From Spirochaetia bacterium (GTDB lineage: Bacteria > Spirochaetota > Spirochaetia > WTKD01 > G963693115): a stretch of 64,000 bases of DNA. A model generated the notes under the pieces. That model had not been told where the DNA came from, made no database searches, and was given only the letters and a program-made list of their open reading frames with translations. Shown here piece by piece: positions 10,384 to 21,199 of the stretch. Made by a program: the position numbers and the translations under genes. Numbering within the stretch: the stretch's first letter is position 1; each line of letters begins with the position of its first letter. The stretch is taken from positions 768,001-832,000 of the forward strand of contig CBDDCA010000006.1 in NCBI GenBank assembly GCA_965226055.1, in the 5' to 3' direction.

Positions 10384-12018
10384 ATGAGAGCTTCAGATAT
10401 ATTGATTAAAGCCCTTGAAAATGAAGGGGTAGAGTATATTTTTGGTGTGCCAGGAGAAGAAAATCTTGATTTTTTGGAGTCCTTGCATACATCATCAATT
10501 AAGTTTATTCTTACACGACATGAACAGGGAGCTGGTTTTATGGCTGCTAATTATGGTCGTATTACCGAAAAGCCTGGTGTCTGTTTATCGACATTAGGAC
10601 CTGGTCTTACAAATCTTGTAACACCTTCTGCATATGCCTTTTTGGGAGCAATGCCCATGATAATTATTTCGGGACAAAAGCCCTTAAAGACAAAACAAGG
10701 ACGTTTTCAAATTATTGATGCTATTAAACTTATGTCTCCTATTACAAAGTTTTCAAAGCAAGTAGTATATCCTGAGTCGATACCAGCCCTTATACGAGAA
10801 GCATTTAGAGTATCTATGGAGCGTAAAATGGGGCCTGTACATCTTGAGTTGCCTGAAGATGTTGCGGGCAAAGAAGTAGCATCATTTCATTTATTTGATC
10901 CAGTAGGGTATGAATATCCTCAAGCAACAGATGCATCTATTGCGAAAGCAGCAGAGCTCATACATCAATCAAGACAGCCTTTGTTACTTATTGGACGTAA
11001 TGCAAACCGTACGCGTATTCGTAAGTCTCTTAGTAAATTTATCAATAAAACAAAAATACCTTTTTTTACTACACAAATGGGAAAAGGAGTAGTTGATGAG
11101 CGCCATGTATCGTATTTAGGCACTGCAGCGTTATCCGATTTTGATTTTCTTCATCAATCAATAAAAAAATCTGATTTAATTATCAATGTTGGGCATGATG
11201 TTATTGAAAAGCCTCCGTTTCTTATGGAATATGGAAAATACGATGGAAGAAAGGTTATTCATATCAATCATGTTCCTTCGGAAATTGATGAGATATATTT
11301 TCCTCAACATAATGTTATTGGAAGTATTTCGCATTCAATGAAAAAGCTCGGAGAATTAGTTTCTCATAAAGAGGAATGGGATTTTACTCATTGTTTTGAA
11401 GTCAGAGAGAAATCAAACGCACAGTATAAAAAATATGCTGATGATACACGGTTTCCTATGCTTCCACAAAGGTTATGTGATATTATTTATAATAATTTTC
11501 CTATTGATGGTCATTTATGTTTAGACAATGGAATATATAAAATATGGTTTACAAGAAATTATCGCAGTCTCACCTCTCATAGTTTATTATTAGACAACGC
11601 CTTAGCAACAATGGGAGCAGGACTTCCTTCGGCTATTGCAGCAAAGCTCATACATCCTGATAAGAAAGTGATTGCTCTGTGTGGTGATGGAGGGTTTATG
11701 ATGTCTTTACAGGAGCTTGAAACAGCAAAACGTCTTAATCTTGACCTTACTGTCATTATACTCAACGATTCGGCATTTGGTATGATTAAGTGGAAACAAG
11801 AAAACATGGGATTTGCTGATTTTGGACTTAGTTTTGGTAATCCCAACTTTGTGCATCTTATTGAAAGTTTTGGTGGTAAAGGATATCGTCCCTCAAATGA
11901 TGATGAGTTTATTCAGTGTTTTAAGGAATGTATTCACTCTCAAGGGCTGCATCTTATTGATTTGGCAGTAGATTATACTCAAAATGTTTCTATGCTTAAT
12001 ATGACAACAGAAGTATAG
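10384..12018 (+). CDS. Acetolactate synthase large subunit (TPP enzyme)
   Basis: IFGVPGEEN, TRHEQGAGFMA, TLGPG, and TPP motif GDGGFMM...NDSAFG. ATG 10384 preferred over 10378 because of the promoter position. Confidence 0.92.
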   Translation: MRASDILIKALENEGVEYIFGVPGEENLDFLESLHTSSIKFILTRHEQGAGFMAANYGRITEKPGVCLSTLGPGLTNLVTPSAYAFLGAMPMIIISGQKPLKTKQGRFQIIDAIKLMSPITKFSKQVVYPESIPALIREAFRVSMERKMGPVHLELPEDVAGKEVASFHLFDPVGYEYPQATDASIAKAAELIHQSRQPLLLIGRNANRTRIRKSLSKFINKTKIPFFTTQMGKGVVDERHVSYLGTAALSDFDFLHQSIKKSDLIINVGHDVIEKPPFLMEYGKYDGRKVIHINHVPSEIDEIYFPQHNVIGSISHSMKKLGELVSHKEEWDFTHCFEVREKSNAQYKKYADDTRFPMLPQRLCDIIYNNFPIDGHLCLDNGIYKIWFTRNYRSLTSHSLLLDNALATMGAGLPSAIAAKLIHPDKKVIALCGDGGFMMSLQELETAKRLNLDLTVIILNDSAFGMIKWKQENMGFADFGLSFGNPNFVHLIESFGGKGYRPSNDDEFIQCFKECIHSQGLHLIDLAVDYTQNVSMLNMTTEV

Positions 12019-12047
12019 GGAGCTAGCTATAAGTTATGGAGAATGAG

Positions 12048-12971
12048 TTATGATGATGTATCGCTAATTACAATTCTATTGACATACAGTCCATTTTTAA
12101 GTTGCACAATATCATCATTCTTTGGATCCAGAATGCCTTTTCCATCAATCTGAAAATAGTAATAATGTGTTCCTGGACTAAGGGTTACATCTGCTATATA
12201 TGCTCCGTCTATGATAGTATTTTGTTCCATTTTCAATAAAAAGGGATCCCAGCCTGTAAAGTTTGCGTTTAGGTATATGGCATGTGCCTTACTAAGATCT
12301 ATAGCTGCTCCTCTCATAGCAGTAGAATGGAGGTTGATTGCTGAGGTAGCAGAAGAGAGTACAAACCGTACGCGGTTATTGCCAAGTGGTATAAAAGAAG
12401 GAATATATTGACTATCAAGTGATGGGATAGTGATAGTTGATAATGGTATTCCATTAGGATCTATAATTGTATTAGGATTGCTAGTATCATAACTCCACAC
12501 ACCATTGATGACCATTCTGTATTGCAATGTTGTATCATAGGCTTTACGTTGTATTAATTGTACCAGTACTTTTTTATTTGATTGTAATCGAAAAAAAGGA
12601 AGAGGTTCTTTATAATTATTAGTAGATGATGCAATGGATACAGAACTATTTTCGTTAGTATCAAAATAGGTGAATACGGCATATTTGTCATATATGAAAG
12701 GAGGAATTTGTTCTTTTATTGAACTGAGAGCCTGAAATAGTAAGGTATCCTGTAATCCTTGTTGTGTCTCAACAGAATTTGGTGGTGATGGAGCTTTTCC
12801 TACAAAAAAAGAAGAAATGCCTGTAGATACATTTTGTATAAATGAAGTAATTATTTTTATGAATTGAGAATTTGTTGTTTGAGAAGGGACTTCGGTAGTT
12901 TGGGATCTTGCAGAAATAGTAAAAAAGCACAGTATACATATAACTATAAAGTGTTGTCTCAACAATTTCAT
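12048..12971 (-). CDS. Exported protein with glycogen-binding (CBM48/AMPK-beta-like) domains
   Basis: Signal peptide MKLLRQHFIVICILCFFTISARS. Two beta-sandwich motifs: YRMVINGVWSYDTSNP and ANFTGWDP...GTHYYYFQIDG..ILDPKN. Alternative start 13004. Confidence 0.75.
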   Translation of the reverse strand: MKLLRQHFIVICILCFFTISARSQTTEVPSQTTNSQFIKIITSFIQNVSTGISSFFVGKAPSPPNSVETQQGLQDTLLFQALSSIKEQIPPFIYDKYAVFTYFDTNENSSVSIASSTNNYKEPLPFFRLQSNKKVLVQLIQRKAYDTTLQYRMVINGVWSYDTSNPNTIIDPNGIPLSTITIPSLDSQYIPSFIPLGNNRVRFVLSSATSAINLHSTAMRGAAIDLSKAHAIYLNANFTGWDPFLLKMEQNTIIDGAYIADVTLSPGTHYYYFQIDGKGILDPKNDDIVQLKNGLYVNRIVISDTSS

Positions 12972-13122
12972 ACTATCATTTTCGAACAAAAAAGGAAGGA
13001 GCATGATTAAAATTTATGGGTAGTGTAACATTATTATCGTTATTGAGAGTAATTTTATATTATGGCATAATAGCTTTATGCCGATTATAATAGGAATAAA
13101 AGTATAGTACTCTTACGTTTTT

Positions 13123-15852
13123 ATGCCTGATCGGAATGAATTGTTACAATTTGAAAAACAGCTTCTCACTATTGCAAATGAAGATAGGATATATACCGAA
13201 AACCATCCTTTTCAATCAATACTTGATGCAAAGCGACACTTACAAAAACAAAATAGCGTGCTATCAAGTATTCTTGACACTGCATTAGAACAACAAGAGC
13301 AACAGGAATCTGAGCATAGCACTTCTTCTCAAGTCATAGATGCTATTGATAGCACTGATATTAGTGATGTATCACAAGAGCAAGTTCCAATACAGGAAGA
13401 GAAAAAAGAAAATCAGAACTATGAGTTTACTGAATTTGTTCTCCCCAGCAAATACAAGAGCATTACTGTAAGTGATGACGATACTACACAAGAAGGTGTT
13501 ATAGATGCTCAAGACATGGGCTCTCTCTCACTCTTAGAGGATGAGGGTACAGAGGGAGATCTTACAGATGAAACTGATATTGAACTCAGTGATTTAGAGG
13601 ATATACATAATTTTAGTATAGAGCAGTATGAGGATCAGTTAGCACAATCTTCTGTAGAGATTAAAGATGAACAAATATTACAGTTTATAAAAGAGGAATT
13701 TACAGGAAATCAAGTACAAGAAACTATCATTGAAAGCGAAGAAGAGGATGGTATAGTAGTTCAGTTTGAAGAAGAGGAAGAGGCTGAATTTTTTAATAAC
13801 TTAAAATTATATACTATTTTTCTACAAAGAGCTATTATTGAAACTATAAATACAAAAGATGATAAAATAGTTGTTTCTCTTATTGCTGCTGTCATCAATA
13901 AGTTATCTTCTAGCTATATTCGTAGAGTGTGTGAAGGAGCGTTAGGGTATTCAGTTCCTCTTTTTGAAGATTCTCATGTATATAAATTTGATGAACTTTC
14001 TGTACAACTAAGCTCATTAAGTGATACAGTACTAAGAGCCACTCGTAATTTTTTTCTGCGTATATTTCCAAAAGTTGCTGTTGCTGTTGCGTTATTATTT
14101 GGTTCATATCTTTGGATAGTGCAGCCATTACGAGCATGGTTGTTATATAGAGAAGGATACTCTCATTTACAAGCACAAGAGTATGAACAGAGTGAGACTT
14201 TGTTTCTTAAAGCAAGCTCAATACGATATATGGCTTCCTATTATTTTCGATATGCTGAAGAATATATTCAGCAACAATTGTATCTTGACGCAGAGAAGAA
14301 ATATGAACAATTACTATTTGGGTTAAATGATTCTTTACGAAAATACATAAAGCAACGAGTAGCACAAAATGATTATTTTAAGAGAATTATTATTGACAAT
14401 AAAGAATATGTACTAGCCAAGAGTGTTAATTATAATCGTGAGGGGTTTTTACACCTTATTTCTTTTGTACGTAATTATCAGGGAAATAATGAGTTAGCAA
14501 TACATCTGTATAATATGTGGCTTTTTAATCATAAGGATGACACAGAATTTATATTAGGAAAAGCAGATACCTACATAGATATGTACGATATGTTCTTAGA
14601 TGATACATACTTACACTATGCAAAATATGAGTACAATAAAGTAGCAGATATTACGCACTATGCTGTGCGTCAACAGATACCTATGCTCCGTTGGGCAGTT
14701 CGAGATAAATCATATCATGCACAGCAATTTATTGAAGACATGGTTATGATAAGGAAAATACTTACAAATGAATCATTTCAATCACATTTTTTTCTTGCGT
14801 ATACTGATACTATTGAATATCTTTTACAATATGATTATTATGATTATGTTCCTCCTATATTGGAAACACTTCTCAGTTCATTTTCGGAAGATCCATTTCT
14901 ACATGTATTACAAGCAAAATATCTGTTTAGGAATAAGGAGTACGCCCTTGCTCAAGAGCAGTTTATGAGAAGCGAAGTATTATATGAACAAAAAAGCACA
15001 CTTACCTTAAAAGATATATATCGTATTATAGAATCAAAAGTAGTGCAGGCAGAAATGGCATTAGAAAATAATAATCAAATAGTACTTGCTGAACAGTTTC
15101 TTAACGAAGCACAACATATGTATGAAGCACAGGCAAGTAATAGTTTTATCACAAGAAAAAATGATATTGCTCGATTCTATTTTTATAAAGCTAAATTACT
15201 ATTTTATCGAAATGAATTAGAAAATGCAGGACACTATGTTCGTAAATCATTACAAGAGCAATACAATACAGCACAGGTACACTATTTATATGCACTTATT
15301 CAATATGTACAAAAAAATTGGAATAAAGCAAGTAGTATGTTTTTGGATTTATTATCTTTTTATCCCGAAGAGAATGAAAGTAGAAAAAGGTTACTTGTTT
15401 CTACTGCTAATAGTTTGTTTAAGAAAGAAAACTATGAAGCTGCTATAGTACATTATACAGAAGCAATACAATTACAGAAGAGAATATTTAAGAGCGAAGA
15501 GGCAGTGTCTTTAATAGATAAAAAGCTGGATATATTTTTTGTTGAAGCAGTTAGCACTTTAGCATACTTAAAGAACAATATAGGTGTAGCTTTCTTTGAA
15601 TTATATCAACGTGATTATTCTAACAAAGAATACCTGACACGAGCATTACAGGAATTACGAGAATCTCACACTATGCTTCAAAATATATATCGTCAAGATA
15701 CTATTCGTAGTGCGTATACTGATCTTCCGTACACTAACTTATCGATAGTACTGGGGAATGTAACTGATATTGATATGAAAATATTTGAAGCAGTAGCCAC
15801 AGAGCTTCCTGATGATGGGAACAATGAACAAGTAGTGGCACTCTTACAGTAG
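13123..15852 (+). CDS. flcA: Periplasmic flagellar collar protein FlcA-like (acidic N-terminus, single TM, TPR C-terminus)
   Basis: 909 aa: MP-start, very acidic cytoplasmic region, one TM at about aa 315-335, then TPR helices. Architecture and size match spirochaete FlcA as I recall it. Confidence 0.7.
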   Translation: MPDRNELLQFEKQLLTIANEDRIYTENHPFQSILDAKRHLQKQNSVLSSILDTALEQQEQQESEHSTSSQVIDAIDSTDISDVSQEQVPIQEEKKENQNYEFTEFVLPSKYKSITVSDDDTTQEGVIDAQDMGSLSLLEDEGTEGDLTDETDIELSDLEDIHNFSIEQYEDQLAQSSVEIKDEQILQFIKEEFTGNQVQETIIESEEEDGIVVQFEEEEEAEFFNNLKLYTIFLQRAIIETINTKDDKIVVSLIAAVINKLSSSYIRRVCEGALGYSVPLFEDSHVYKFDELSVQLSSLSDTVLRATRNFFLRIFPKVAVAVALLFGSYLWIVQPLRAWLLYREGYSHLQAQEYEQSETLFLKASSIRYMASYYFRYAEEYIQQQLYLDAEKKYEQLLFGLNDSLRKYIKQRVAQNDYFKRIIIDNKEYVLAKSVNYNREGFLHLISFVRNYQGNNELAIHLYNMWLFNHKDDTEFILGKADTYIDMYDMFLDDTYLHYAKYEYNKVADITHYAVRQQIPMLRWAVRDKSYHAQQFIEDMVMIRKILTNESFQSHFFLAYTDTIEYLLQYDYYDYVPPILETLLSSFSEDPFLHVLQAKYLFRNKEYALAQEQFMRSEVLYEQKSTLTLKDIYRIIESKVVQAEMALENNNQIVLAEQFLNEAQHMYEAQASNSFITRKNDIARFYFYKAKLLFYRNELENAGHYVRKSLQEQYNTAQVHYLYALIQYVQKNWNKASSMFLDLLSFYPEENESRKRLLVSTANSLFKKENYEAAIVHYTEAIQLQKRIFKSEEAVSLIDKKLDIFFVEAVSTLAYLKNNIGVAFFELYQRDYSNKEYLTRALQELRESHTMLQNIYRQDTIRSAYTDLPYTNLSIVLGNVTDIDMKIFEAVATELPDDGNNEQVVALLQ

Positions 15853-15935
15853 CTAGTAATACATTTCAGTCGTATATATTTTATTATTCTTGTAATATGA
15901 GCTGGTAATCTAGTTTGTACTTTATACCTGGTACT

Positions 15936-17030
15936 TTATACAAGGGTAAGCCAATTATGCTTGTCTTCTAAGAGTCCGTATTGAATTTTTTTAAGTGTTG
16001 ATTGTAATATATGAGAAATTTCCCCTATTGTACCATCCCCAAACTGCACAGATGTTCCATTATAATGAAGTGTACCAAAATATTCAACACCTACCGCAGT
16101 GCCTGTTGCAAAACATTCCTTCGCATTACTCATAACTTCTTCAATAGAGATTTTTCTCTCATCCACAACAAAGCCCATATCTTTTGCTATACAAATAATA
16201 CTATCCCTTGTTATACCGGGTAATATTGTGTCTCCAAGCTCAGGCGTTACTATCGTATTGTCGTTTAGTACAAAAAATACATTACAGGATGCACATTCTT
16301 CAACATAGGAACGACTGACATCTAAAAACAATGGCTCAGTATATCCTTTGTTTTTTGCTTCTTGTTTTGCAAGGATAGAAATAACATAATTGGAGTTACA
16401 TTTTATCCAGCCAGTACCATTTGGAGTAGCTCTTATTTTTTCACTTACTATAAGTGAATGCTGGGTACGTGTATCAAGGTATTTTCCAACTTCTGTAGCA
16501 TACATGATTACCCATGGATATTTTGAAATATTAAGTCCAATACCACCTTCAGGATATGTAAAAGGACGAATATATACTGCTGTTGCAGTAGAAAAGTGAC
16601 TGTCCTTCCATGTAGCATCATATTGAGGAAAAAACCCTTTACTACGTGATAAAGAAAGAAGCTGTCTTGTTGCATCAATAAACATATGTGTTTCAAATGG
16701 AGGCATATACAAGGCTTGCATAGAAGCAGTAAAACGTTTTGCATTTCTATCAGGACGAAATAATGCAAGGGCACCATCCTCTTGAGGATATGCTTTTAAG
16801 CCTTCAAAGCATCCCAAAGCATATTGGGTAGAATAATTTACTAAAGGAAATGCTCCTGCTTCTGATCTTTTGTGTATAAGATCTAATTTTTCTTGTTCAC
16901 TTACCATATGCTCTTCGCTTCCCTTGTTAGGAAGTTCTGTAAAATGCTCTTCCCATACTGCTGCGTTGTTGTTATCTTTGTATTTTGCAGAATAACGAAA
17001 AGGGTATGGGTTAAATGAAAATCCACTCAT
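15936..17030 (-). CDS. ilvE: Branched-chain amino acid aminotransferase
   Basis: YALGCFEGLKAY, LFRPDRN, YIRPF, KCNSNY (PLP Lys), ILPGITRDS, TGTA. ATG 17030 has TATACT 7 nt upstream. Confidence 0.95.
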   Translation of the reverse strand: MSGFSFNPYPFRYSAKYKDNNNAAVWEEHFTELPNKGSEEHMVSEQEKLDLIHKRSEAGAFPLVNYSTQYALGCFEGLKAYPQEDGALALFRPDRNAKRFTASMQALYMPPFETHMFIDATRQLLSLSRSKGFFPQYDATWKDSHFSTATAVYIRPFTYPEGGIGLNISKYPWVIMYATEVGKYLDTRTQHSLIVSEKIRATPNGTGWIKCNSNYVISILAKQEAKNKGYTEPLFLDVSRSYVEECASCNVFFVLNDNTIVTPELGDTILPGITRDSIICIAKDMGFVVDERKISIEEVMSNAKECFATGTAVGVEYFGTLHYNGTSVQFGDGTIGEISHILQSTLKKIQYGLLEDKHNWLTLV

Positions 17031-17138
17031 ACTAATTAGTATACATATAATGGAGAGTATATGCAAATAATTTTTTCTCAGTTATATGGTATAATAAAGA
17101 TATTATAGTGTTGAATATTTTTTCATAAGGTATAATAT

Positions 17139-18197
17139 ATGATTGAAAGAAAACGCAAAGTCGTTCCAGTAATACTAGCAGGAGGGCAAGGCACTCGATT
17201 ATGGCCAGCTTCGTTACCTGCATTCCCTAAACAGTTTCTAAAAATAGGAGAGGAAACTCTTATAGAGCAAGCAGTCAAACGAGTACTGCCTTTGGGTGAT
17301 GAAATACTTATTCTTACCTCTCAGCAGTATTTTGATTTATTTCCTGTTCATATGTCATTACCAAAAGAGTATGTGAGCAAAATAACCCTTATAGGGGAAC
17401 CTAGCGCACGCAATACAGCTCCTGCTATTGCTCTTGCGCTTCGATATATTCAAGAAAAGTACCAAGACGCAATTATGCTACTTATTACTGCTGATCAGAT
17501 TATACACAGTACTGAACAGTTTATACAAGATGCACATATAGCAATAGAGCATGCTTTAGCAGGAAATATTGTAACCTTTGGTATTTATGCAAGCAAACCA
17601 GAAACTGGATACGGCTATATTGAATGTGGAGAAAAGAGAGGCAACGAAAAGGAAACAGTACTCAGCGTAGTATCATTTCGTGAAAAACCAGATTATGAAA
17701 CAGCCAAGCAGTATATTGCAAGTGGAAATTTTTTTTGGAATAGTGGCATGTTCTGTTTTTCTGTTACCACTATGTACAAAGAATACTCTCTCTATGCAAA
17801 AGAGCTATTTCATACTGTATTACACGATACATTTGAATGGAACACTGGAGCGGTAGGAGGCTTTGTTTCGTATACACCTGTATATCCTCAATTTATGACA
17901 CTTGAAAAAGTATCAATAGATTATGCCATTATGGAACATACACAAAAAGCAGTGGTAGTACCAGCCCGTTTTCATTGGAACGATGTAGGAAGCTGGGATG
18001 AAGTAACTCAGTATATTGAAGCTACGCAAAAAGTATATACACAGGATGCGTATAATGTAAGTGTCCGATCAGATATACCTGTTGCAATAAGTGGTGTATC
18101 GGATATAGTGGTAGTACATGAGAATAATCGATTGCTTATTCTTCGAAAAGGAACAGGACAGACTGTTTCCTATTTTGCCAAGCAAGATGTGGAATAG
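17139..18197 (+). CDS. manC: Mannose-1-phosphate guanylyltransferase
   Basis: ILAGGQGTRLWP, PKQFL, EPSARNTAPAI, PETGYGYI, FREKPD, WNSGMF, SIDYAIME, WNDVGSW. Confidence 0.95.
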   Translation: MIERKRKVVPVILAGGQGTRLWPASLPAFPKQFLKIGEETLIEQAVKRVLPLGDEILILTSQQYFDLFPVHMSLPKEYVSKITLIGEPSARNTAPAIALALRYIQEKYQDAIMLLITADQIIHSTEQFIQDAHIAIEHALAGNIVTFGIYASKPETGYGYIECGEKRGNEKETVLSVVSFREKPDYETAKQYIASGNFFWNSGMFCFSVTTMYKEYSLYAKELFHTVLHDTFEWNTGAVGGFVSYTPVYPQFMTLEKVSIDYAIMEHTQKAVVVPARFHWNDVGSWDEVTQYIEATQKVYTQDAYNVSVRSDIPVAISGVSDIVVVHENNRLLILRKGTGQTVSYFAKQDVE

Positions 18198-18350
18198 TAT
18201 ATATATAAATATATGAAAGGTATAAGGTGAATTAATGCTTTTATAGAGGGTATAAAAAAGAATACAGAATGGTTGTATGCCTGATTATTGGCTTTATGTA
18301 TAAGAAATAAAAAAATAATGATTGATTTTTTAAAAACTTACATTTTTTTA

Positions 18351-18412
18351 TTGACAAAATCAATTAAAATGGTGATTATATATAATATAATTTAATAAAG
18401 TTTCGAAGGAGG
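18351..18412 (+). promoter_or_regulatory. Putative sigma-70 promoter and strong RBS of the Msp-like gene
   Basis: Perfect TTGACA at 18351-18356 followed by AT-rich -10 candidates (exact hexamer ambiguous). SD AAGGAGG at about 18406-18412. Confidence 0.55.
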
Positions 18413-18416
18413 AAAT

Positions 18417-20309
18417 ATGAAACGATTATTTACATTAGTAGTGTTATCATTAGTTGCAACTTCACTTTTTGCTGCTACTGATAAAACGCTAAACGAGAAG
18501 GCTTTTGTGGAATGGGAATTTAAGCCAGAAGTATCAACTTACTTTGGCTACAATTTAGATGTAGGAGGAGCTGGCTTAGAAGGAAAAGCAAAGCTAGAGA
18601 TTACTTCTACAATATTTGATAAAGCTGATATGGAATTTTCTGAAGATCAGAAACCATACGGATATGTTAAGATAGAAGACCTTGAGATTAAGGCTACTGC
18701 GAAACATGAAGGTGCTGGAAGTACATCAGAAAAATATAAGTCTACTGAGAATACTAACACAGAGCCTCTTTCAATTTCTTGGGGTACTATATCAGGTGTT
18801 ATTTATGCAGGACCCGTATATGTGAAACTTGCTCATGATGGTCATGGGGATCAAGGGTTTATTGAAAAAGGCTTAGATGATGGTGATTTAGATTATTCTG
18901 TTATAAATTACAGTATAATATCAGCATCAGATACAGCACAGTATGTAGGTGCAAGAAAAATAGATTCGGATAAATTACCAGTTGTTCCTCAACTATTTCA
19001 ATACAGAGTAAAGAATGTTGATGGTAAAATAGTATACAATGATATCACCGATGGTACTAACCAAGGATCAGATACACTAGCTGATAAATTAGCAGGATCA
19101 AACAATGCTATTTCTGTTGGGTTTAAGCAAGATAAGTTACTTGATATTCGATTAGGAGTTTCTTCTGCAGGAAGTTATAAAACATATCAGAAAAATAATC
19201 CAATTCAACTTTCGCTCTTTTTTGAACTTCTTGCTATTGAGAATGTTATATTGAAGTTACAAACAACTGCTATTGCTGGGGTACATCCTAGTGGAAGTAC
19301 TGGTGAGGATTATGATGACGAAGGGAAACTTTTATCAGAAGGGAACCCTCTTACTGTAGGACTACTCCTTGGGTATAAAATGCCTATGGGAATAAATACC
19401 CTCACTACTTCTCTTGGATTTGAAGTTTCTTTAGAAAATGAAGTAGATAAGTTTGGTGCATTTTCTTTGACTGTTCCAGTATCAGGTAGTGTAGTGGCTG
19501 CCCAACTTGCAGGAACAGGTGACGATACAGTAAATGTAACTGCATTTGAAGCAGCACTTGGGGTAAAATATGATTGGAAAAGTCTTGGATATGATGCAGA
19601 TGAAGATGATGATCACATTGATGCTACTGGTTCAGGAAAGGACATAAAAGTTACTGATGGTGCTTCATTAGGATTACTGTATGGTTCTATGCCAAATGCT
19701 GTGTTCAGAGATTTTAAGAACAACTATGTAGGAGCGAAGATATCAGTGTGGGATAGTCAAGATGACGATAAACCAGGACTGCTTCCATTAGAGCTTGCAT
19801 TGGTATTAAATTATAATTATGTGTTTGGTGGTGAGTATGAACCAGAAGGTTTTGAAGGTTCAGTTACAGGTGCTAATACTAAAGTAACAAATACGAAATT
19901 TACACTTGGTGCACGTCAAGATTTTGGTCTATTGCTAGAAACTGCTATGACATTTGGTTATATTAAGCCCTTCTTGAATGTTGCATGGCGTATGTTTAAC
20001 ATAACAGATGTTACTGAAGTTGAAGTTGATTATTCTATTGATGGCGGTACTAATGTTCAAAAAGGAGAACTGCAACAACTTGCTGATAAAAGTGATTTGA
20101 GACTTAAACTTGGATTTGATGTTGTAAACCTTGTAAAGAATGTAACTTTTTCTGCATGGTGGGAATCTGGAAACGTAATGAAGTCTGATGATATTGTAAA
20201 AGCAACATATAATGCTACTTCTTCGTTCTATACAACAAAAGATACCATTAATAAAGTGAATGGTGCAAAGTTAGGATTCATCGCTATAGGGGCAAAAATT
20301 GAATACTAG
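18417..20309 (+). CDS. Major outer sheath protein (Msp/Tpr-like) outer membrane protein
   Basis: Signal peptide. N-terminal STYFGYNLD..G...PYGYVKIEDLEIK resembles MOSP_N. Alternating beta-strands and C-terminal GFIAIGAKIEY barrel signature. Has its own RBS and terminator. Confidence 0.7.
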   Translation: MKRLFTLVVLSLVATSLFAATDKTLNEKAFVEWEFKPEVSTYFGYNLDVGGAGLEGKAKLEITSTIFDKADMEFSEDQKPYGYVKIEDLEIKATAKHEGAGSTSEKYKSTENTNTEPLSISWGTISGVIYAGPVYVKLAHDGHGDQGFIEKGLDDGDLDYSVINYSIISASDTAQYVGARKIDSDKLPVVPQLFQYRVKNVDGKIVYNDITDGTNQGSDTLADKLAGSNNAISVGFKQDKLLDIRLGVSSAGSYKTYQKNNPIQLSLFFELLAIENVILKLQTTAIAGVHPSGSTGEDYDDEGKLLSEGNPLTVGLLLGYKMPMGINTLTTSLGFEVSLENEVDKFGAFSLTVPVSGSVVAAQLAGTGDDTVNVTAFEAALGVKYDWKSLGYDADEDDDHIDATGSGKDIKVTDGASLGLLYGSMPNAVFRDFKNNYVGAKISVWDSQDDDKPGLLPLELALVLNYNYVFGGEYEPEGFEGSVTGANTKVTNTKFTLGARQDFGLLLETAMTFGYIKPFLNVAWRMFNITDVTEVEVDYSIDGGTNVQKGELQQLADKSDLRLKLGFDVVNLVKNVTFSAWWESGNVMKSDDIVKATYNATSSFYTTKDTINKVNGAKLGFIAIGAKIEY

Positions 20310-20335
20310 AAACTAGTATATACAATACAAATAGT

Positions 20336-20367
20336 AAAAAAGGCAGTGGTAATACACTGCCTTTTTT
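20336..20367. terminator. Bidirectional rho-independent terminator
   Basis: AAAAAA-GGCAGTG-gtaata-CACTGCC-TTTTTT between convergent genes. Confidence 0.9.
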
Positions 20368-20382
20368 ATGCATGTTGGTGTA

Positions 20383-21111
20383 TTATTTATTATGTTGAAT
20401 AATAAGAAGTGCATTGGCAGCACTTATGGTAGTAAAAGAGCGTATCTGTGATGATTCGTTTTGTAATACAGTGTCAAGGGTAGTTCCTACAGTATCAATA
20501 GGAGTTATTTTTATCTGAAGTTCAAGGGAATCGGCTATGATTTCCTTAAAACTAGCAAGCATAACCCATATGCTTTCGTTGAAAGAGCTTATCGCAATAG
20601 GAATAAGCCCTAAGGAAAGATAGTCATCGATTGATTTTGTGAGAGTTTCTTGTTTCTGTACCTTTATAAGACGAAAATTTTTCATTGTAAGCTGTGATTG
20701 TAAAAATAATACATAGGCACCGTCTTTTTGTACATCCAACCCTACAGGGTAGATACGTTCTTTTGATTTACTTTCAATGTCTTGTAGCATTTCTTTTTCA
20801 TTTTTATATGATTGTAATATCCAGTTACGGGCTAGCTGTGCTGGTGGTGTTGTTTGTGATAAAATTATCATCTCTCCTGCAACATTTCTGTCAAGTGCTT
20901 GTGGGGTAATATTATTTTCAAGCAAAGAGTTCATGAGCTCTACAAAGTTTTCAAAATTCTCTTTCTTCTCTTCTTGATTCATATCAATAGTGGGAGAAGT
21001 ACGAGATATAAGCCAGTTTCCTGTATTTTTTTCTTGTGTTTGAGAAAATGAGGGAAATAGCGTGCAGGTAATAAATATACCTTGTAATAAATAAGTAGTA
21101 AATTGTTTCAT
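20383..21111 (-). CDS. Exported hypothetical protein with four ~50-aa internal repeats
   Basis: Signal peptide MKQFTTYLLQGIFITCTLFPSFS. Repeats of helix followed by IxPxxL and a beta-hairpin. Start 21111 has TG-T-TATTAT 7 nt upstream (ORF track start 21153). Confidence 0.7.
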   Translation of the reverse strand: MKQFTTYLLQGIFITCTLFPSFSQTQEKNTGNWLISRTSPTIDMNQEEKKENFENFVELMNSLLENNITPQALDRNVAGEMIILSQTTPPAQLARNWILQSYKNEKEMLQDIESKSKERIYPVGLDVQKDGAYVLFLQSQLTMKNFRLIKVQKQETLTKSIDDYLSLGLIPIAISSFNESIWVMLASFKEIIADSLELQIKITPIDTVGTTLDTVLQNESSQIRSFTTISAANALLIIQHNK

Positions 21112-21199
21112 ATGTTTTATAATAACAAAAAAACAAAAAAGGATATAATACATATATCTATGTTTTATTAAACTATACTATTTAAGGAGAGAGGAAAAA

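Noticed and set aside
13060-13087. Possible sigma-28 promoter for flcA (GCCGATTA)
   Set aside because: No TAAA -35 at 15-16 nt spacing, so it is not listed as a feature.
17131-17144. TATAAT just before manC as another leaderless case
   Set aside because: The hexamer is only 2 nt from ATG 17139. It would fit only an ATT start at 17142, which is too speculative.
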